From Blastocatellia bacterium (GTDB lineage Bacteria > Acidobacteriota > Blastocatellia > Pyrinomonadales > Pyrinomonadaceae): DNA of 64,000 nt. Positions 10,665 through 21,841 of the stretch are shown piece after piece. The stretch spans positions 6,062-70,061 of the forward strand of contig JAWVFI010000078.1 in the NCBI GenBank assembly GCA_033856235.1, in the 5' to 3' direction. Position 1 is the first letter of the stretch; each line of letters begins with the position of its first letter. The notes below the pieces were generated by a model. It did not search any database and was not told the DNA's origin. It saw only the letters and a list, made by a program, of their open reading frames with translations. Both the position numbers and the translations under genes were made by a program.

Positions 10665-12101
10665 ATGGACACACTCGCAACCAACGGCACAAAGAAACGG
10701 CCCCTTGACGTCTTGATCATGGCAGCCGGCCTGGGAACGCGGATGCGCTCCGAAAAGGCCAAGGTGCTGCATCAACTGGATGGGCGTTCGCTGGTGGCAC
10801 ACGTCTGCCGGGCGGCGGCCGCGCTCAATCCGCGAAGAATCTACATCGTGGTGGGCCATCAAGCCGAGGAAGTCGCCGCGGCTGTCTCCCAGGAGTTCCC
10901 GGACGTAACGTTCGTGCAGCAAGCTCAACAAAGAGGCACGGGAGACGCAGTGTTGGCAGCGAAAGGGGCGTTGGCTGAATCCGATGCAACAGTCCTGGTG
11001 CTTTCTGGTGACGTGCCCCTCGTGCGTGCAGAGACGTTGGCCGCGCTGCTCAACCAACACGACAGCGCAACCAATCCGGAGTCGAGTTGCACGATCCTAT
11101 CGGTGAAACTCGAAAATCCCCGGGGTTACGGACGGATAGTGCGCGACCAGGATGGACGTTTTGAAAAGATCGTCGAAGAGAAGGATGCGAGTGACGAGGA
11201 GCGCGAGATTCGCGAAATCAACGCGGGCCTATATTGCTTCCACTCCACATCGCTTTTCCAAGCGCTCGAACGGGTCCAGCCTACCAACCAACAAGGCGAG
11301 TACTATCTTACGGACGTTCCGGCCATTTTGAGGACGGAAGGTAAGGGCGTAAACATTTACCTTCATCCCGATGCCCGCGAGGTTTCCGGTATTAACACGC
11401 GCGCGGACCTCGCGGAGTTTGAAAACCTGCTGCGCCGGACCGCCATTCGCCGATTAATGACGGAAGGCGGCGTCACCTTTATCGATCCTTCTCATGCGTA
11501 CATCAGCGCTGACGCGCAGATCGGCCGCGACACAGTCATTTACCCCGGTGTCAGCATCGAGGGGAATTCTCAGGTGGGGGAGCGATGCGAGATTCGCTCC
11601 GGCTCGCGGATTACGAATTCGCGCCTCGGGAATGGGGTCGTGGTCAAAGATCACTGCGTAGTTATGGACTCTGAGATCACCGATGATTGCACCATTGGTC
11701 CCTTTGCCCATCTGCGCATGAACAGCCGTATGGAGCCAGGCGCGGTAGTTGGAAACTTTGTGGAAGTGAAGAAAACGAGGATCGGCCGCGGCACAAAATC
11801 CATGCACTTGACCTATCTCGGCGATGCCATCATTGGCGAGAAGACGAATATCGGCGCCGGCACGGTTACCTGTAACTACGACGGCAAGGACAAACATCAG
11901 ACGATCATCGAAGACAATGTCCGCATCGGATCAGACACCATGCTGATCGCGCCGGTGCGCGTCGGCAGCGGATCCGTAACCGCAGCAGGCTCCGTCGTCA
12001 CTCAGGATGTGCCATCAAATACTTTGGTCGCCGGTGTGCCCGCCGTCGTAAAGAAGCGCCTGGACGAAAAGCCGCCTGAGAACACAACAGACAAGAAATA
12101 G
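10665..12101 (+). CDS. glmU: Bifunctional UDP-N-acetylglucosamine pyrophosphorylase / GlcN-1-P acetyltransferase
   Basis: [19 protein letters not shown] nucleotidyltransferase motif, QQRGTGDAV, and C-terminal left-handed beta-helix hexapeptide repeats. Confidence 0.95.
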   Translation: MDTLATNGTKKRPLDVLIMAAGLGTRMRSEKAKVLHQLDGRSLVAHVCRAAAALNPRRIYIVVGHQAEEVAAAVSQEFPDVTFVQQAQQRGTGDAVLAAKGALAESDATVLVLSGDVPLVRAETLAALLNQHDSATNPESSCTILSVKLENPRGYGRIVRDQDGRFEKIVEEKDASDEEREIREINAGLYCFHSTSLFQALERVQPTNQQGEYYLTDVPAILRTEGKGVNIYLHPDAREVSGINTRADLAEFENLLRRTAIRRLMTEGGVTFIDPSHAYISADAQIGRDTVIYPGVSIEGNSQVGERCEIRSGSRITNSRLGNGVVVKDHCVVMDSEITDDCTIGPFAHLRMNSRMEPGAVVGNFVEVKKTRIGRGTKSMHLTYLGDAIIGEKTNIGAGTVTCNYDGKDKHQTIIEDNVRIGSDTMLIAPVRVGSGSVTAAGSVVTQDVPSNTLVAGVPAVVKKRLDEKPPENTTDKK

Positions 12102-12139
12102 TTTCATCCGTTACGCCATTCTCACTTTTATTAAATATT

Positions 12140-14002
12140 ATGTGCGGAATAGTTGGCTACGTGGGGAACAAGCAGGTCGTACCCTTGATAATCGAAGGGC
12201 TGCGCAAGCTCGAATATCGTGGATATGACTCGGCGGGCATCGCCGTAGTTGATAGCAATCGAGTCCTTGAGGTGCGTCGCGCCGAAGGCAAGCTGCGCAA
12301 TCTTGAGGAAGCGCTGCGAGTCGAACCGCTGGACGGCACTTATGGCATCGGCCACACACGTTGGGCCACCCACGGCCGGCCTACTGAAGAGAACGCCCAC
12401 CCGCATCGCGACTGCACCGGCCGCCTCGTAGTGGTGCACAACGGCATTATTGAAAACTACCTGCAACTGAAGGAACGCCTGCGAAAACAGGACCACAGTT
12501 TCGTTACGGAGACCGATACCGAAATCATCGCCCACCTGATTGAGGAGTATCTCAAGACGAGCAAGGGTTTTGAGGAGGCAGTGCGACGCGCGGTCAAGGA
12601 TCTTCGCGGCATCTTTGCCATGTCCATCATCAATGCCGACGAGCCCGACATCATTATTTCGGCGCGGGAGGGCCCGCCGGTGGTCATCGGTATCGGTGAT
12701 GGCGAGTTCTTTGTCGCTTCGGATATTCCGCCGATTCTGGAGCACACGCGCGACGTGTTCTTCCTGGGCGACGGCGAAATTGCGGTGCTTAGCAAAGACT
12801 CGGTCCACGTCACCGATTTTGAGGGCAATGCGGTTGAGCCGGTTAAGCAACGAATCACCTGGGACCCAATCCTTGCGGAGAAGGGCGGCTTCAAGCATTT
12901 CATGCTCAAGGAGATTTATGAGCAGCCGCGCGCCGTCCGCGACACCGTGCAGGGTCGCGTTTCCCTGGATACCGGCCGTGTTTTTCTCGATGAGATGAAG
13001 GGCATCACGGAGGAAGACTTCAAGCGTTTCACCTCGATCAAAGTCGCTGCCTGCGGCACATCGTTGCACGCGGGGATGGCCGGGAAATACATGATCGAGC
13101 AGCTCGCGCGAATGAATGTGGAAGTGGATTACGCTTCAGAATTTCGCTATCGCGATCCGGTGCTGGATGAAAACACTTTGCTGCTCGTGATTTCGCAATC
13201 CGGCGAAACAGCGGACACGATTGCGGCGATGCGCGAGGTAAAGGATCGCAATGTGAAGACCCTCGCGATCTGCAATGTGCAGGGCTCGATGATCACGCGC
13301 GAGGCGGACGGCACCATCTTGACGCACGCCGGCCCCGAGATTGGCGTGGCTTCGACCAAGGCCTTCACGTCGCAGATGATCGCTCTCTATCTGCTGGCGC
13401 TGCATTTGGGTTACCTGCGTGGCGTACTCAGCACCGATGAAGCGAAGTATCACGCGCAGGAGTTGGCGGAACTGCCGGTGAAGATGGAGCACTTGTTGAG
13501 CGAGGCTGACAGCATCGAAGAGCTGTCGCGCGAGTTCTTTCGCGTAACGGATTTTCTTTATCTCGGTCGCGGTATCAACTTTCCCGTGGCCCTCGAAGGA
13601 GCGCTCAAACTCAAAGAGATTTCTTACATTCACGCGGAAGGCTATCCGGCCGGCGAGATGAAGCACGGTCCCAACGCATTAATCGATGAGCGTTTGCCAG
13701 TCATGTTCATTAACACACGAGAAGACGGCAATCGCGCTTCCGAACTGCGTTATGAGAAAACGCACTCAAACATCGTCGAAGTCAAAGCCCGCGAAGGGGT
13801 CGTGCTCTCAGTTCTTACCGAAGGCGATTCGATGTCTTCGATCGTATCCGATCACGTGATTAGCATTCCCCCGTCAAGCGATCTGCTCTCACCGATCCTT
13901 TCGGTGATTCCGCTGCAATTGCTCGCCTACCACATAGCCGTGCGCCGAGGCTGTGACGTCGATCAGCCCCGGAACCTCGCAAAATCAGTGACCGTGGAAT
14001 GA
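12140..14002 (+). CDS. glmS: Glutamine--fructose-6-phosphate aminotransferase
   Basis: MCGIVGYVG catalytic N-terminal Cys, [11 protein letters not shown], two SIS domains, and C-terminal LAKSVTVE. Confidence 0.97.
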   Translation: MCGIVGYVGNKQVVPLIIEGLRKLEYRGYDSAGIAVVDSNRVLEVRRAEGKLRNLEEALRVEPLDGTYGIGHTRWATHGRPTEENAHPHRDCTGRLVVVHNGIIENYLQLKERLRKQDHSFVTETDTEIIAHLIEEYLKTSKGFEEAVRRAVKDLRGIFAMSIINADEPDIIISAREGPPVVIGIGDGEFFVASDIPPILEHTRDVFFLGDGEIAVLSKDSVHVTDFEGNAVEPVKQRITWDPILAEKGGFKHFMLKEIYEQPRAVRDTVQGRVSLDTGRVFLDEMKGITEEDFKRFTSIKVAACGTSLHAGMAGKYMIEQLARMNVEVDYASEFRYRDPVLDENTLLLVISQSGETADTIAAMREVKDRNVKTLAICNVQGSMITREADGTILTHAGPEIGVASTKAFTSQMIALYLLALHLGYLRGVLSTDEAKYHAQELAELPVKMEHLLSEADSIEELSREFFRVTDFLYLGRGINFPVALEGALKLKEISYIHAEGYPAGEMKHGPNALIDERLPVMFINTREDGNRASELRYEKTHSNIVEVKAREGVVLSVLTEGDSMSSIVSDHVISIPPSSDLLSPILSVIPLQLLAYHIAVRRGCDVDQPRNLAKSVTVE

Positions 14003-14202
14003 GCCGTTGCGAGCAAATCGGGGTATAATCATCGGGCATTGAGCTTAGAAAAGACTGTCTCCCAATAATCGAAGACTGCTCGCCCAGCATCACAGTCTTT
14101 ACGGCCTCCGTAAGCGGGATAAAACACTGTTTCAGCACGATCCTTCCGTTGTTCTGGAAGCGATGTTGGTGTTACCTCATTCGGTTCAAGGAACAAAGCC
14201 TC

Positions 14203-17200
14203 ATGCAAGTCAAAACCTCTGTTCTCCTTGTTTTTGGACGGCGAAACCGTTCGGCTCTCTGGTCATTCCTCATCCTGGGCGCAATTTTCAGCGTGCTCTC
14301 TGCGAAGCCTTTCGAGCGCCTTTTGACATCCTCAGCGCATCCGGAGGATGTCACCACGGCAGGCCCACCGCGCCTGCCAGAAGCAAGCTCTAACATTGCC
14401 GTCACCAACCAGGCTTACGGCAATCTTCCAATCAGCTTCGCAGCCAATGAAGGGCAAGCCCATTCCGACGCAAAGTTCATAGCGCGCGGCAGCGGTTATG
14501 GCCTCTTTCTGACCTCGGCCGGCGCGGTGCTTTCGTTGACTCACTCGCTTGACCAGCAGAAAACAGATGTTGCTCCGGAAGTGCGACCGACATCGGCGAA
14601 ACAAGCCAGTGCGGCTGTCTCCCTGCGGTTGCTGGAGTCGCGACGACAGCCACGCATAACCGGCAGAGATGAACTCCCGGGAAAGTTGAACTACTTCATT
14701 GGAAATGATCCCGGCAAGTGGCGAACCGACATCGACACTTACGCTAAAGTTCATTACGAGAACGTCTATCGCGGCATCGATGTCGTGTATTACGGCAATC
14801 AAAGAGAACTTGAATACGACTTTGTGATCGCCCCCCGCGCAAATCCGCACCACATCAAGCTCCAGTTCAGGGGCGCTTCGCTAAGCATCGACGAGGAAAC
14901 TGGGGACCTGATCCTGCACACTCCTCAGGGCGATGTGCGGCAGCGCAAACCGTTGGCCTACCAACAAATCAAGCATCAACGCCAGGAGGTTGCGGTTGCT
15001 TATCAGTTAGAGCAGGACACGGTGACGTTCAAGATCGGCGAATATGACACTAGCCGGCAATTAGTCATCGATCCGGTTCTCATTTATTCGAGTTTTCTTG
15101 GAGGCGCCAATTCCGAACAGGGGCTGGGAATTGCAGTTGATGCACAAGGTAGCGCTTATCTCACCGGCGCTACGACCTCTTCTGATTTTCCCCTTGCCGG
15201 CGCGCTGCAAAGTATTAAGGACGCTGTGAATGACGCGTTCGTAGTCAAGCTCAATCCGGCAGGCACCGCTCTCATCTATAGCACCTATGTGGGGGCCAAC
15301 GGCGACGATATTGGCAATGCCATTGCCGTCGACGGGAACGGAAACGCATATGTCGCAGGTCTCACCGGCTCAGGCAGTTTCCCCGCGACGGCGGGCGCGT
15401 ATCAAACATCGAAGAGCGGTGTGATTGACGGATTTGTCTTCAAGCTCAATCCTGCGGGGACGCAGTTACTCTATGCGACATTTTTGGGCGGCGAGAACAA
15501 CGATCAGGCCTTTGGCGTGGCAGTAGATTCCAGCGGACGCGCCTATGTCGTAGGCCGAACCGATTCTCGCCGACTCGGATTTGCGCCGGTACAGAGACAT
15601 GGCAGCCCGATATACAAGACGACCGACAGCGCGGCCCAGTGGTCGGCAAGCGATACGGACCTAAACGCGAGTACCGTTACATCTTTCGTGTTCGACCCCA
15701 ACAATTCAAATATCGTTTACGCCGGTTCCAATTATGGCGTGTTCAAGACTATCAACGCAGGGGGGAATTGGATGGCGACCGGCACCTCTCAGCCCGCCCT
15801 TAGCGCTGCCTTAACTAACGCCCTGGCCATCGATCCCTCAAACTCAAGTATTGTTTACGCTGGGACGAGCAGCGGCATTTTCAAGACTACGAATGCCGGC
15901 GCGACTTACACTGCTAAAAACACGGGACTCGGGAGTACGTTTATTAATGCTTTGGCTATCGATCCTCTGACGCCAAATACGATCTACGCTGGCACCCAAC
16001 TAGGCATATTTAAGAGCACCAACGGCGGGGACAACTGGGCCGAAATTAAGAACGGCATCAGCGGCACTTCGCCACGCGTCACTCGCGTCGTTATCGATCC
16101 CACCAATTCCGCCATCATTTACATAGCCACCAACCGCGGCATGTTCAAAAGCACGAATGGCGGATCGTTGTGGACGGTGATTAATAACGGCTTGGCGCTT
16201 TCGGGGACGCCCCAGATCACCGGCTTGGCGATTGATCCGATTAATCCGGCAACTCTTTATGCCAGTGGTTTGGGCACGGCGGGTCTGGTCCTGAAAACTG
16301 TCGATGGCGGTTTGAACTGGAACGTAAACGACGCGGGATTGCCGAGCAGCGTAAGTAATTTGACGGTCGATCCGATTACTCCGACGAGGGTCTATGCCGG
16401 GACCTCATTGGCGGGGATTTACAAATCAACGAACGGGGGGGCGAACTGGACCGCTGCCAATACCGGGTACGCAAACCTCTTCGCGCTCGCCGTGGTCATT
16501 GACCGAAACAATCCTGCTACGATCTACGCCGGTAGTAACATTGGTAACGATGCTTTTATTGTCCGCTTGAACGCCGCGGGAGAACTGGATTATTTCACGA
16601 ACCTTGGCGGAAACGAAACTGATGAAGCTCGTGGCGTAGCCGTGGATGCCGGCAACAACGCCTACATCGTTGGCTCAACTAATTCTCCGAACTTCCCGCT
16701 GGCCAACGCCTTCCAACCGACGCTCAGCGGCATTTCCGATGCCTTCGTCACGCAGCTAAATTCCAGTGGCAGCGCGCTAAATTATTCGACCTTCCTTGGC
16801 GGCAGCGGCACCGAGCAAGGCCGGGCAATCGCCGTGCGCGGAGGCAGCGCATATGTTACCGGTGTGACCACTTCACAGACTTTCCCGGTGCTGAATGCCT
16901 TCAAATCGACTCTCGCAGATTTTGATACTGACGCGTTTGTCGCAAAGTTCAATTCTTCGGGGATGGCGCTTGGTTATTCAACCTTTCTTGGGGGCAGCGG
17001 CATCGATCAGGGATTGGGGATCGCAGTTGACTCAAACGATGCCATTTACGTCGCCGGCAGCACACAGTCGGCTGATTTCCCCTTAGTAGCAGGCGCGCCT
17101 CAATCAGATAACGGCGGCAACACTGACGGGTTCGTTACTCGCCTCAATCCAGCTCCCGGCAACCTGTTCTATTCGACATTCCTGGGAGGTCAAAGTACCG

Positions 17201-20200
17201 ATCAAGTTAACGGCATCGCGGTTGATCCGGTGGGAAACGCTTACGTCGTGGGCACTACTTCGTCATCGAATTTCCCCACGGTGACTCCGCTGCAAGCAAC
17301 GTTAAAGGTCACCGATGCATTCGTTGCCAAGATCAGCCTTTCGCCGGATCTGGTTCTGAGCATGACCGGATCGCCGAACGAGATTAACTACGGCGCCAAC
17401 ATTACGTACACGATCACTGTGAATAACGGCGGGGAAATCGCCGCGCAAAACGTGAAACTCAGCGATACGCTGGTATCAGGTACTGGCGTGATTTCGATAA
17501 GCCCGAGCCAGGGAACCTGCTCGGGCAATCGCTTCATCAACTGCGATCTCGGTACAATAAATCCAGGATCACCAGTTACGGTAACGCTGGTAGTGCGGCC
17601 GCCTGCTGTTACCCCGATGGTGAATACAGCTAGCGTCTCGACGACCACTTCGGAAGCGACTACAGCCAACAATAGTGCGACCCTCAACACTCAGGTCAAT
17701 TTCACCGACCTGGTGATAAAGAACACTTCCGCCCTGCAGCAAACGCCAATCAACGGCATTAATACGTACATCGTGACGGTCACAAACAAGGGGCCGGCCG
17801 CGGCTCTGGGAGTCACCGTCACCAACAACCTTCCGTCAGCGACGACCTTTGTTAGTTGCACCTCCAGCGGTTTGGGATTGTGCTCTGGTTCTGGCAACAG
17901 CCGCACCGCCTCAATCCCATCGCTGGCCGTCAACGGCTCTTTCACCACCACGTTCGCAACCAGGGTGAATAGCAACGTCGCCGTGGGAACAGTGGTCAGT
18001 GATACTGCCTCGGTCGTCTCCACCACGCCCGACATCAATCCCAATAACGACGCGGCCACGGCCACCACCGTGGTCAAGGCAGCCGCCCCGCCGAAACAAA
18101 ACGGACTAATCGCCTGCACGGCCGGTGCGGGAACCGGGACTTCCGGGACAAATAATATTTGGTTGATGAATCCTGATGGCTCTGGTTTAACTCCACTCAC
18201 ACTTAATACGCCGGCCGAAGATGTTGCGCCCGTTTGGTCACCGGACGGAACCCGGATCGCGTTTGTGAGCCGCGCGCCCAATGCGTATGGTCTTTACGTG
18301 ATGAATGCGGACGGCAGCAACATCAGCCGACTTACCGATTCAAACCAGGACCAATCGCCGACCTGGTCCCCCGACGGCACGCGCATCGCGTTCGGCGGAT
18401 CCCGAAACAGCGATCCTTACGGAATCCTGGTAGTCAACAGTGACGGCACAAATCTAAAACGTCTGAGTAACGGCAACCTTCCGTCATGGTCGCCCGACGA
18501 AGTAAGCATTGCCTTCAACGGTGCTTTTGGCTTCATGATCATGAATGCCGACGGCACGAATATTCGGAGCATTCCGCTCCCGGGGTTGCCATTTGGCGCC
18601 ATGCAATTTCGCTGGTCGCCCGATGGGACCAAACTGGCCTTCACCGGTCTGGAAAACGGCAGCTTCGGCAGGTCGATCTACACAGTCAGTCCGGATGGCA
18701 CCGGTTTGACCAAGATCCCAAACTCCAGCGGCGGACAATCCCCGGCCTGGTCCCCGGATGGTACGAAGATCGTGTTCTATGGAATTATTAATGCGGGCCT
18801 GCCAACGGGCATCTATACGATTGATCTGGCCGGAACCGGTCTCACGAAGATCTCAGGTGATTTGACGGAAGTGGATACGCCTGACTGGCAGACTCAGCCG
18901 CCGAATTTCTCACCGCTATCGCCGACCTACAGCATCGCGGGACACCTGCAGAATTCCAGCGGCACTTCATTAAACTCGACAGTTCAAATCACTGGCTCGG
19001 CCGCGACCTCGATCTCCACTGATAACAGCGGCAATTACATTTTCCGAGGCTTGCCTTCCGGAGGCAACTTCACAGTTACTCCGCTTCCGTTTGGGATGCC
19101 TACGTCGAGCCCTTCGAACCGTGTCTATAACAATCTCACTGCAAACGTAACCGGCGCAGACTTTGTTTTGACCTATCCTCCGATTCCCGATATCACCGGC
19201 GTGATCGTAAACCAAAGCGGTTCGCCAATGACTGGCGTGAAAGTGGGCATCAGAAACGTTTTTCCGGAAACCGACGTGTTTACCGACGCGAATGGGGCCT
19301 ACAAGTTCTCTAACATTTCCACGCGAACCGGCTCGTTCATTCTCCCTTTTAACACCGGTGCGTTTGCAAACTACATCTTCGATCCAGGAGTCATTACCTA
19401 TCAAACGCCGACCGGTAACAATTTCATCGGCCGGGAGAAGCTGGCGTCCATCAGCGGCCAGGTCCGTGTTGGTGGCGCAGGAAAGTCAGGCGTCATCGTA
19501 AGCACCGGTAATCCCCAGGCACTTTCCACGACTACCGACGCCAACGGCAACTACACACTCACTGGCGTTGGTGAAGGCGTGACCTTAGCCGTCCTGGTAA
19601 GTACGAGCACTTATCCCTTCGCGCCCTCCTCCAGAATCGTGCCCGTAAACGGGCCGACGACAGGTATCGATTTCGACGCTCCAGCAAATCAGTCTCTGAT
19701 TTATGGCCATGTTGGCGATGCAAGCTCACTCTCGCTTGAAGGCGTGACTCTGACCTTGAGCGGTGGGGCAAACCTCACGGCGCAGACCGACAGTCAGGGC
19801 AACTACTCTTTGGGTCCAGTGGCCGCGAATCTCGCCTACACACTGACACCTGCCAAATTGGGATACAGCTTTGTTCCCGCGGCAACGCAGATTCCAAACT
19901 TAACCAGCAATACCCAAACCGGTTTCACCGCGTACTTGAATTCCGTAGCGTTCTATTACACCAGCGCCAATGTGGCCACCGGCGAAGGGAGCGGCAGTAT
20001 CTCTCTGACTGTCGTGCGCTCAGGATTGCTCAGCGATCCGGTAAAAGTGGACTACAAGACTCTCGACGGATCCGCCAGGCAGCGCACTGACTACACCACG
20101 ATGGCTGGAACCCTATCCTTCGCGCCGCAACAACAGTCGAAGACAATTGTGATTCCGTTGAACGACGATGCATATGTTGAGGGAGATGAAACTTTCTCAG

Positions 20201-21123
20201 TGACGCTCGTCAATCCCGTAAACGGCGCCCTCGGAGACATTCCCACAGCAACCGTCATGCTGCAGGACGACGACACGGCCACACCGTCGATCAATCCGCT
20301 GGATAACGCCGCGTTCTTTGTGCGGCAACAGTATTTGGACTTTCTGAGCCGGGTTCCCGATTCAGGAGGTTTCACTTACTGGACCGAACAAATCACGGAC
20401 TGCGGGATGGACCCAATCTGCATAAGAAATCGCCGCGTTGATGTTTCGAATGCGTTCTTTTATGAACTGGAATTCCAACAGACCGGGGCTTACGTCTACC
20501 GCGTCTATCGCTCCGCTTTCGGAAACAATCAGCCGTTTCCAAATCCCGACTTCGACCCCTCTCATCCCGGTGAAGAAAAGAAGGTGATTGCCTACAAGGC
20601 GTTTGTAGCCGATCGCTCGCGCGTACTCGGAGGCTCCAGCTTGGCGCAGACGCAGTTGAATCTCGCAAACGCGTTTGTCCTCAGGCCTGAATTTGTGGCG
20701 AAGTATCCCGTAAGCCTGGATGGTCCCGCATTCGTCGATGCGATGTTGGCAACGATCAAGAATGACATTGGTGCGGATCTAGCCTCTCAGCGTCAGGCGT
20801 TAATTGATCTTTATAATTCGGGCGGGCGCGGAGCCGTGCTGTATCGCCTGGCCGACGACAACACGCAAACGAACCCAATCAACAATCGCGCCTTCATCGA
20901 TGCCGAATATGGCCGGTCGTTTGTGGCCACCCAGTACTATGGTTACTTACGTCGCGATCCAGACATGGGAGGGTTCCTGTTCTGGCTGGGCCAGGTCAAC
21001 AGTGGACCGTTGCGTGACGTGGCGAAGCAACACGCGATGGTTTGCTCGTTCATCACTTCCACTGAATATCAGGAGCGCTTCAGCACCGTCGTGACGCATA
21101 GCAATGCTGAGTGCGGGCCGTGA
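14203..21123 (+). CDS. Giant secreted mosaic repeat protein (SBBP repeats, BNR-type propeller, DUF11, PD40/TolB-like, CarboxypepD_reg-like, Calx-beta, DUF4214)
   Basis: A single 6.9 kb ORF. The ATG at 14203 gives a signal-like N-terminus (ALWSFLILGAIFSVLSA). SBBP-type YSTFLGG...GIAVD repeats occur in two blocks. Seven [FY]K[ST]xNGGxxW blades lie between them. PD40-like xWSPDGTxIAF occurs five times. The C-terminus matches the 25659-27479 protein. Confidence 0.85.
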   Translation: MQVKTSVLLVFGRRNRSALWSFLILGAIFSVLSAKPFERLLTSSAHPEDVTTAGPPRLPEASSNIAVTNQAYGNLPISFAANEGQAHSDAKFIARGSGYGLFLTSAGAVLSLTHSLDQQKTDVAPEVRPTSAKQASAAVSLRLLESRRQPRITGRDELPGKLNYFIGNDPGKWRTDIDTYAKVHYENVYRGIDVVYYGNQRELEYDFVIAPRANPHHIKLQFRGASLSIDEETGDLILHTPQGDVRQRKPLAYQQIKHQRQEVAVAYQLEQDTVTFKIGEYDTSRQLVIDPVLIYSSFLGGANSEQGLGIAVDAQGSAYLTGATTSSDFPLAGALQSIKDAVNDAFVVKLNPAGTALIYSTYVGANGDDIGNAIAVDGNGNAYVAGLTGSGSFPATAGAYQTSKSGVIDGFVFKLNPAGTQLLYATFLGGENNDQAFGVAVDSSGRAYVVGRTDSRRLGFAPVQRHGSPIYKTTDSAAQWSASDTDLNASTVTSFVFDPNNSNIVYAGSNYGVFKTINAGGNWMATGTSQPALSAALTNALAIDPSNSSIVYAGTSSGIFKTTNAGATYTAKNTGLGSTFINALAIDPLTPNTIYAGTQLGIFKSTNGGDNWAEIKNGISGTSPRVTRVVIDPTNSAIIYIATNRGMFKSTNGGSLWTVINNGLALSGTPQITGLAIDPINPATLYASGLGTAGLVLKTVDGGLNWNVNDAGLPSSVSNLTVDPITPTRVYAGTSLAGIYKSTNGGANWTAANTGYANLFALAVVIDRNNPATIYAGSNIGNDAFIVRLNAAGELDYFTNLGGNETDEARGVAVDAGNNAYIVGSTNSPNFPLANAFQPTLSGISDAFVTQLNSSGSALNYSTFLGGSGTEQGRAIAVRGGSAYVTGVTTSQTFPVLNAFKSTLADFDTDAFVAKFNSSGMALGYSTFLGGSGIDQGLGIAVDSNDAIYVAGSTQSADFPLVAGAPQSDNGGNTDGFVTRLNPAPGNLFYSTFLGGQSTDQVNGIAVDPVGNAYVVGTTSSSNFPTVTPLQATLKVTDAFVAKISLSPDLVLSMTGSPNEINYGANITYTITVNNGGEIAAQNVKLSDTLVSGTGVISISPSQGTCSGNRFINCDLGTINPGSPVTVTLVVRPPAVTPMVNTASVSTTTSEATTANNSATLNTQVNFTDLVIKNTSALQQTPINGINTYIVTVTNKGPAAALGVTVTNNLPSATTFVSCTSSGLGLCSGSGNSRTASIPSLAVNGSFTTTFATRVNSNVAVGTVVSDTASVVSTTPDINPNNDAATATTVVKAAAPPKQNGLIACTAGAGTGTSGTNNIWLMNPDGSGLTPLTLNTPAEDVAPVWSPDGTRIAFVSRAPNAYGLYVMNADGSNISRLTDSNQDQSPTWSPDGTRIAFGGSRNSDPYGILVVNSDGTNLKRLSNGNLPSWSPDEVSIAFNGAFGFMIMNADGTNIRSIPLPGLPFGAMQFRWSPDGTKLAFTGLENGSFGRSIYTVSPDGTGLTKIPNSSGGQSPAWSPDGTKIVFYGIINAGLPTGIYTIDLAGTGLTKISGDLTEVDTPDWQTQPPNFSPLSPTYSIAGHLQNSSGTSLNSTVQITGSAATSISTDNSGNYIFRGLPSGGNFTVTPLPFGMPTSSPSNRVYNNLTANVTGADFVLTYPPIPDITGVIVNQSGSPMTGVKVGIRNVFPETDVFTDANGAYKFSNISTRTGSFILPFNTGAFANYIFDPGVITYQTPTGNNFIGREKLASISGQVRVGGAGKSGVIVSTGNPQALSTTTDANGNYTLTGVGEGVTLAVLVSTSTYPFAPSSRIVPVNGPTTGIDFDAPANQSLIYGHVGDASSLSLEGVTLTLSGGANLTAQTDSQGNYSLGPVAANLAYTLTPAKLGYSFVPAATQIPNLTSNTQTGFTAYLNSVAFYYTSANVATGEGSGSISLTVVRSGLLSDPVKVDYKTLDGSARQRTDYTTMAGTLSFAPQQQSKTIVIPLNDDAYVEGDETFSVTLVNPVNGALGDIPTATVMLQDDDTATPSINPLDNAAFFVRQQYLDFLSRVPDSGGFTYWTEQITDCGMDPICIRNRRVDVSNAFFYELEFQQTGAYVYRVYRSAFGNNQPFPNPDFDPSHPGEEKKVIAYKAFVADRSRVLGGSSLAQTQLNLANAFVLRPEFVAKYPVSLDGPAFVDAMLATIKNDIGADLASQRQALIDLYNSGGRGAVLYRLADDNTQTNPINNRAFIDAEYGRSFVATQYYGYLRRDPDMGGFLFWLGQVNSGPLRDVAKQHAMVCSFITSTEYQERFSTVVTHSNAECGP

Positions 21124-21144
21124 TCTGACCCACCGCGACTCGAC

Positions 21145-21197
21145 ACGCCTGAAAGCAATCAATGCCAGAGGTTTGTTTTCAGGCGTCTCCTATTTTT
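21145..21197 (+). terminator. Probable intrinsic terminator after the giant-protein gene
   Basis: The stem acgcctgaaa (21145-21154) / tttcaggcgt (21177-21186) is followed by ctcctattttt. Confidence 0.55.
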
Positions 21198-21260
21198 CTC
21201 CAAGGCTAACTAAAACGCCGTAACTATCCGCCGGCAACATCCCGCATTATAATCGGCTTC

Positions 21261-21833
21261 ATGATCCCACTGGCCCGTTTGAAACCCACCCGACAGCAAC
21301 TCCTCGAGTCCGCTAATAAGACCATCGCCGATGTCATCGCGCCTGACCTGCGGGTGTTGTTTTGCGGCATCAATCCCGGCCTGTATTCCGGTTGGAGCGG
21401 CCATCATTTTGCCAAGCCGGGAAATCGGTTTTGGCCGGCCCTGCACGCCAGCGGGTTCACGGACCGGCTTTTGTCCCCAACGGAAAAGTCGGAGTTGCTA
21501 AAGAACGGCTATGGCATTACCAATGTCATCGCCAGAACATCTGCTTCGGAAACCGATCTGAACAAAGAGGAATTCGTTATTGGGGCGCGACGATTAAAGG
21601 CGAAGCTGCTTCGATATCAGCCAAAGTTTCTTGCCGTTCTGGGCATCGGCGCTTATCGCGCGGGCTTTGCACGGCCCAAAGCCATGCTGGGCCGGCAGGA
21701 AGAGCAATTTGGCAACACGATTGTATGGGTCTTGCCCAATCCCAGCGGACTGAACGCCCATTATCAACCAAAGGAGCTGGCGCGACTGTTCCGCGAGTTG
21801 CGCGAAGCCGTTGACGCTGAGTGCCCCGCGTAG
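21261..21833 (+). CDS. mug: G/U mismatch-specific DNA glycosylase (Mug/TDG family)
   Basis: VLFCGINPGLYS and HHFAKPGNRFW active-site region, and VLPNPSGLNAHY; 190 aa. Confidence 0.9.
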   Translation: MIPLARLKPTRQQLLESANKTIADVIAPDLRVLFCGINPGLYSGWSGHHFAKPGNRFWPALHASGFTDRLLSPTEKSELLKNGYGITNVIARTSASETDLNKEEFVIGARRLKAKLLRYQPKFLAVLGIGAYRAGFARPKAMLGRQEEQFGNTIVWVLPNPSGLNAHYQPKELARLFRELREAVDAECPA

Positions 21834-21841
21834 CAAAACTG

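Noticed and set aside
10089-11060. A 323-aa minus-strand ORF, plus similar long antisense ORFs at 12131-13069, 1293-2006, 52907-53731, 62534-63691 and 37127-37891.
   Set aside because: Each lies fully antisense to a strongly supported conserved gene (yvcK/glmU, glmS, pyrH, a MacB permease, the mutase, the S46 peptidase). The translations are Arg/Gly/His-rich with no motif. These are typical stop-codon-poor antisense frames of GC-rich DNA.
12102-12139. A possible glmS ribozyme upstream of glmS.
   Set aside because: The glmU-glmS spacer is only 38 nt, far too short for the ~150-nt ribozyme core, and it contains no conserved core-like sequence.
14024-14029. A TATAAT box (ggggtataatc) as the promoter of the giant-protein gene, and TTGACT at 29383-29388 as the promoter of the low-GC operon.
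   Set aside because: Neither has a properly spaced partner hexamer. The nearest TTGCGA is only 11 nt upstream of the TATAAT, and no good -10 lies 16-18 nt after the TTGACT. Promoter consensus for this lineage is also uncertain, so they are not reported as features.
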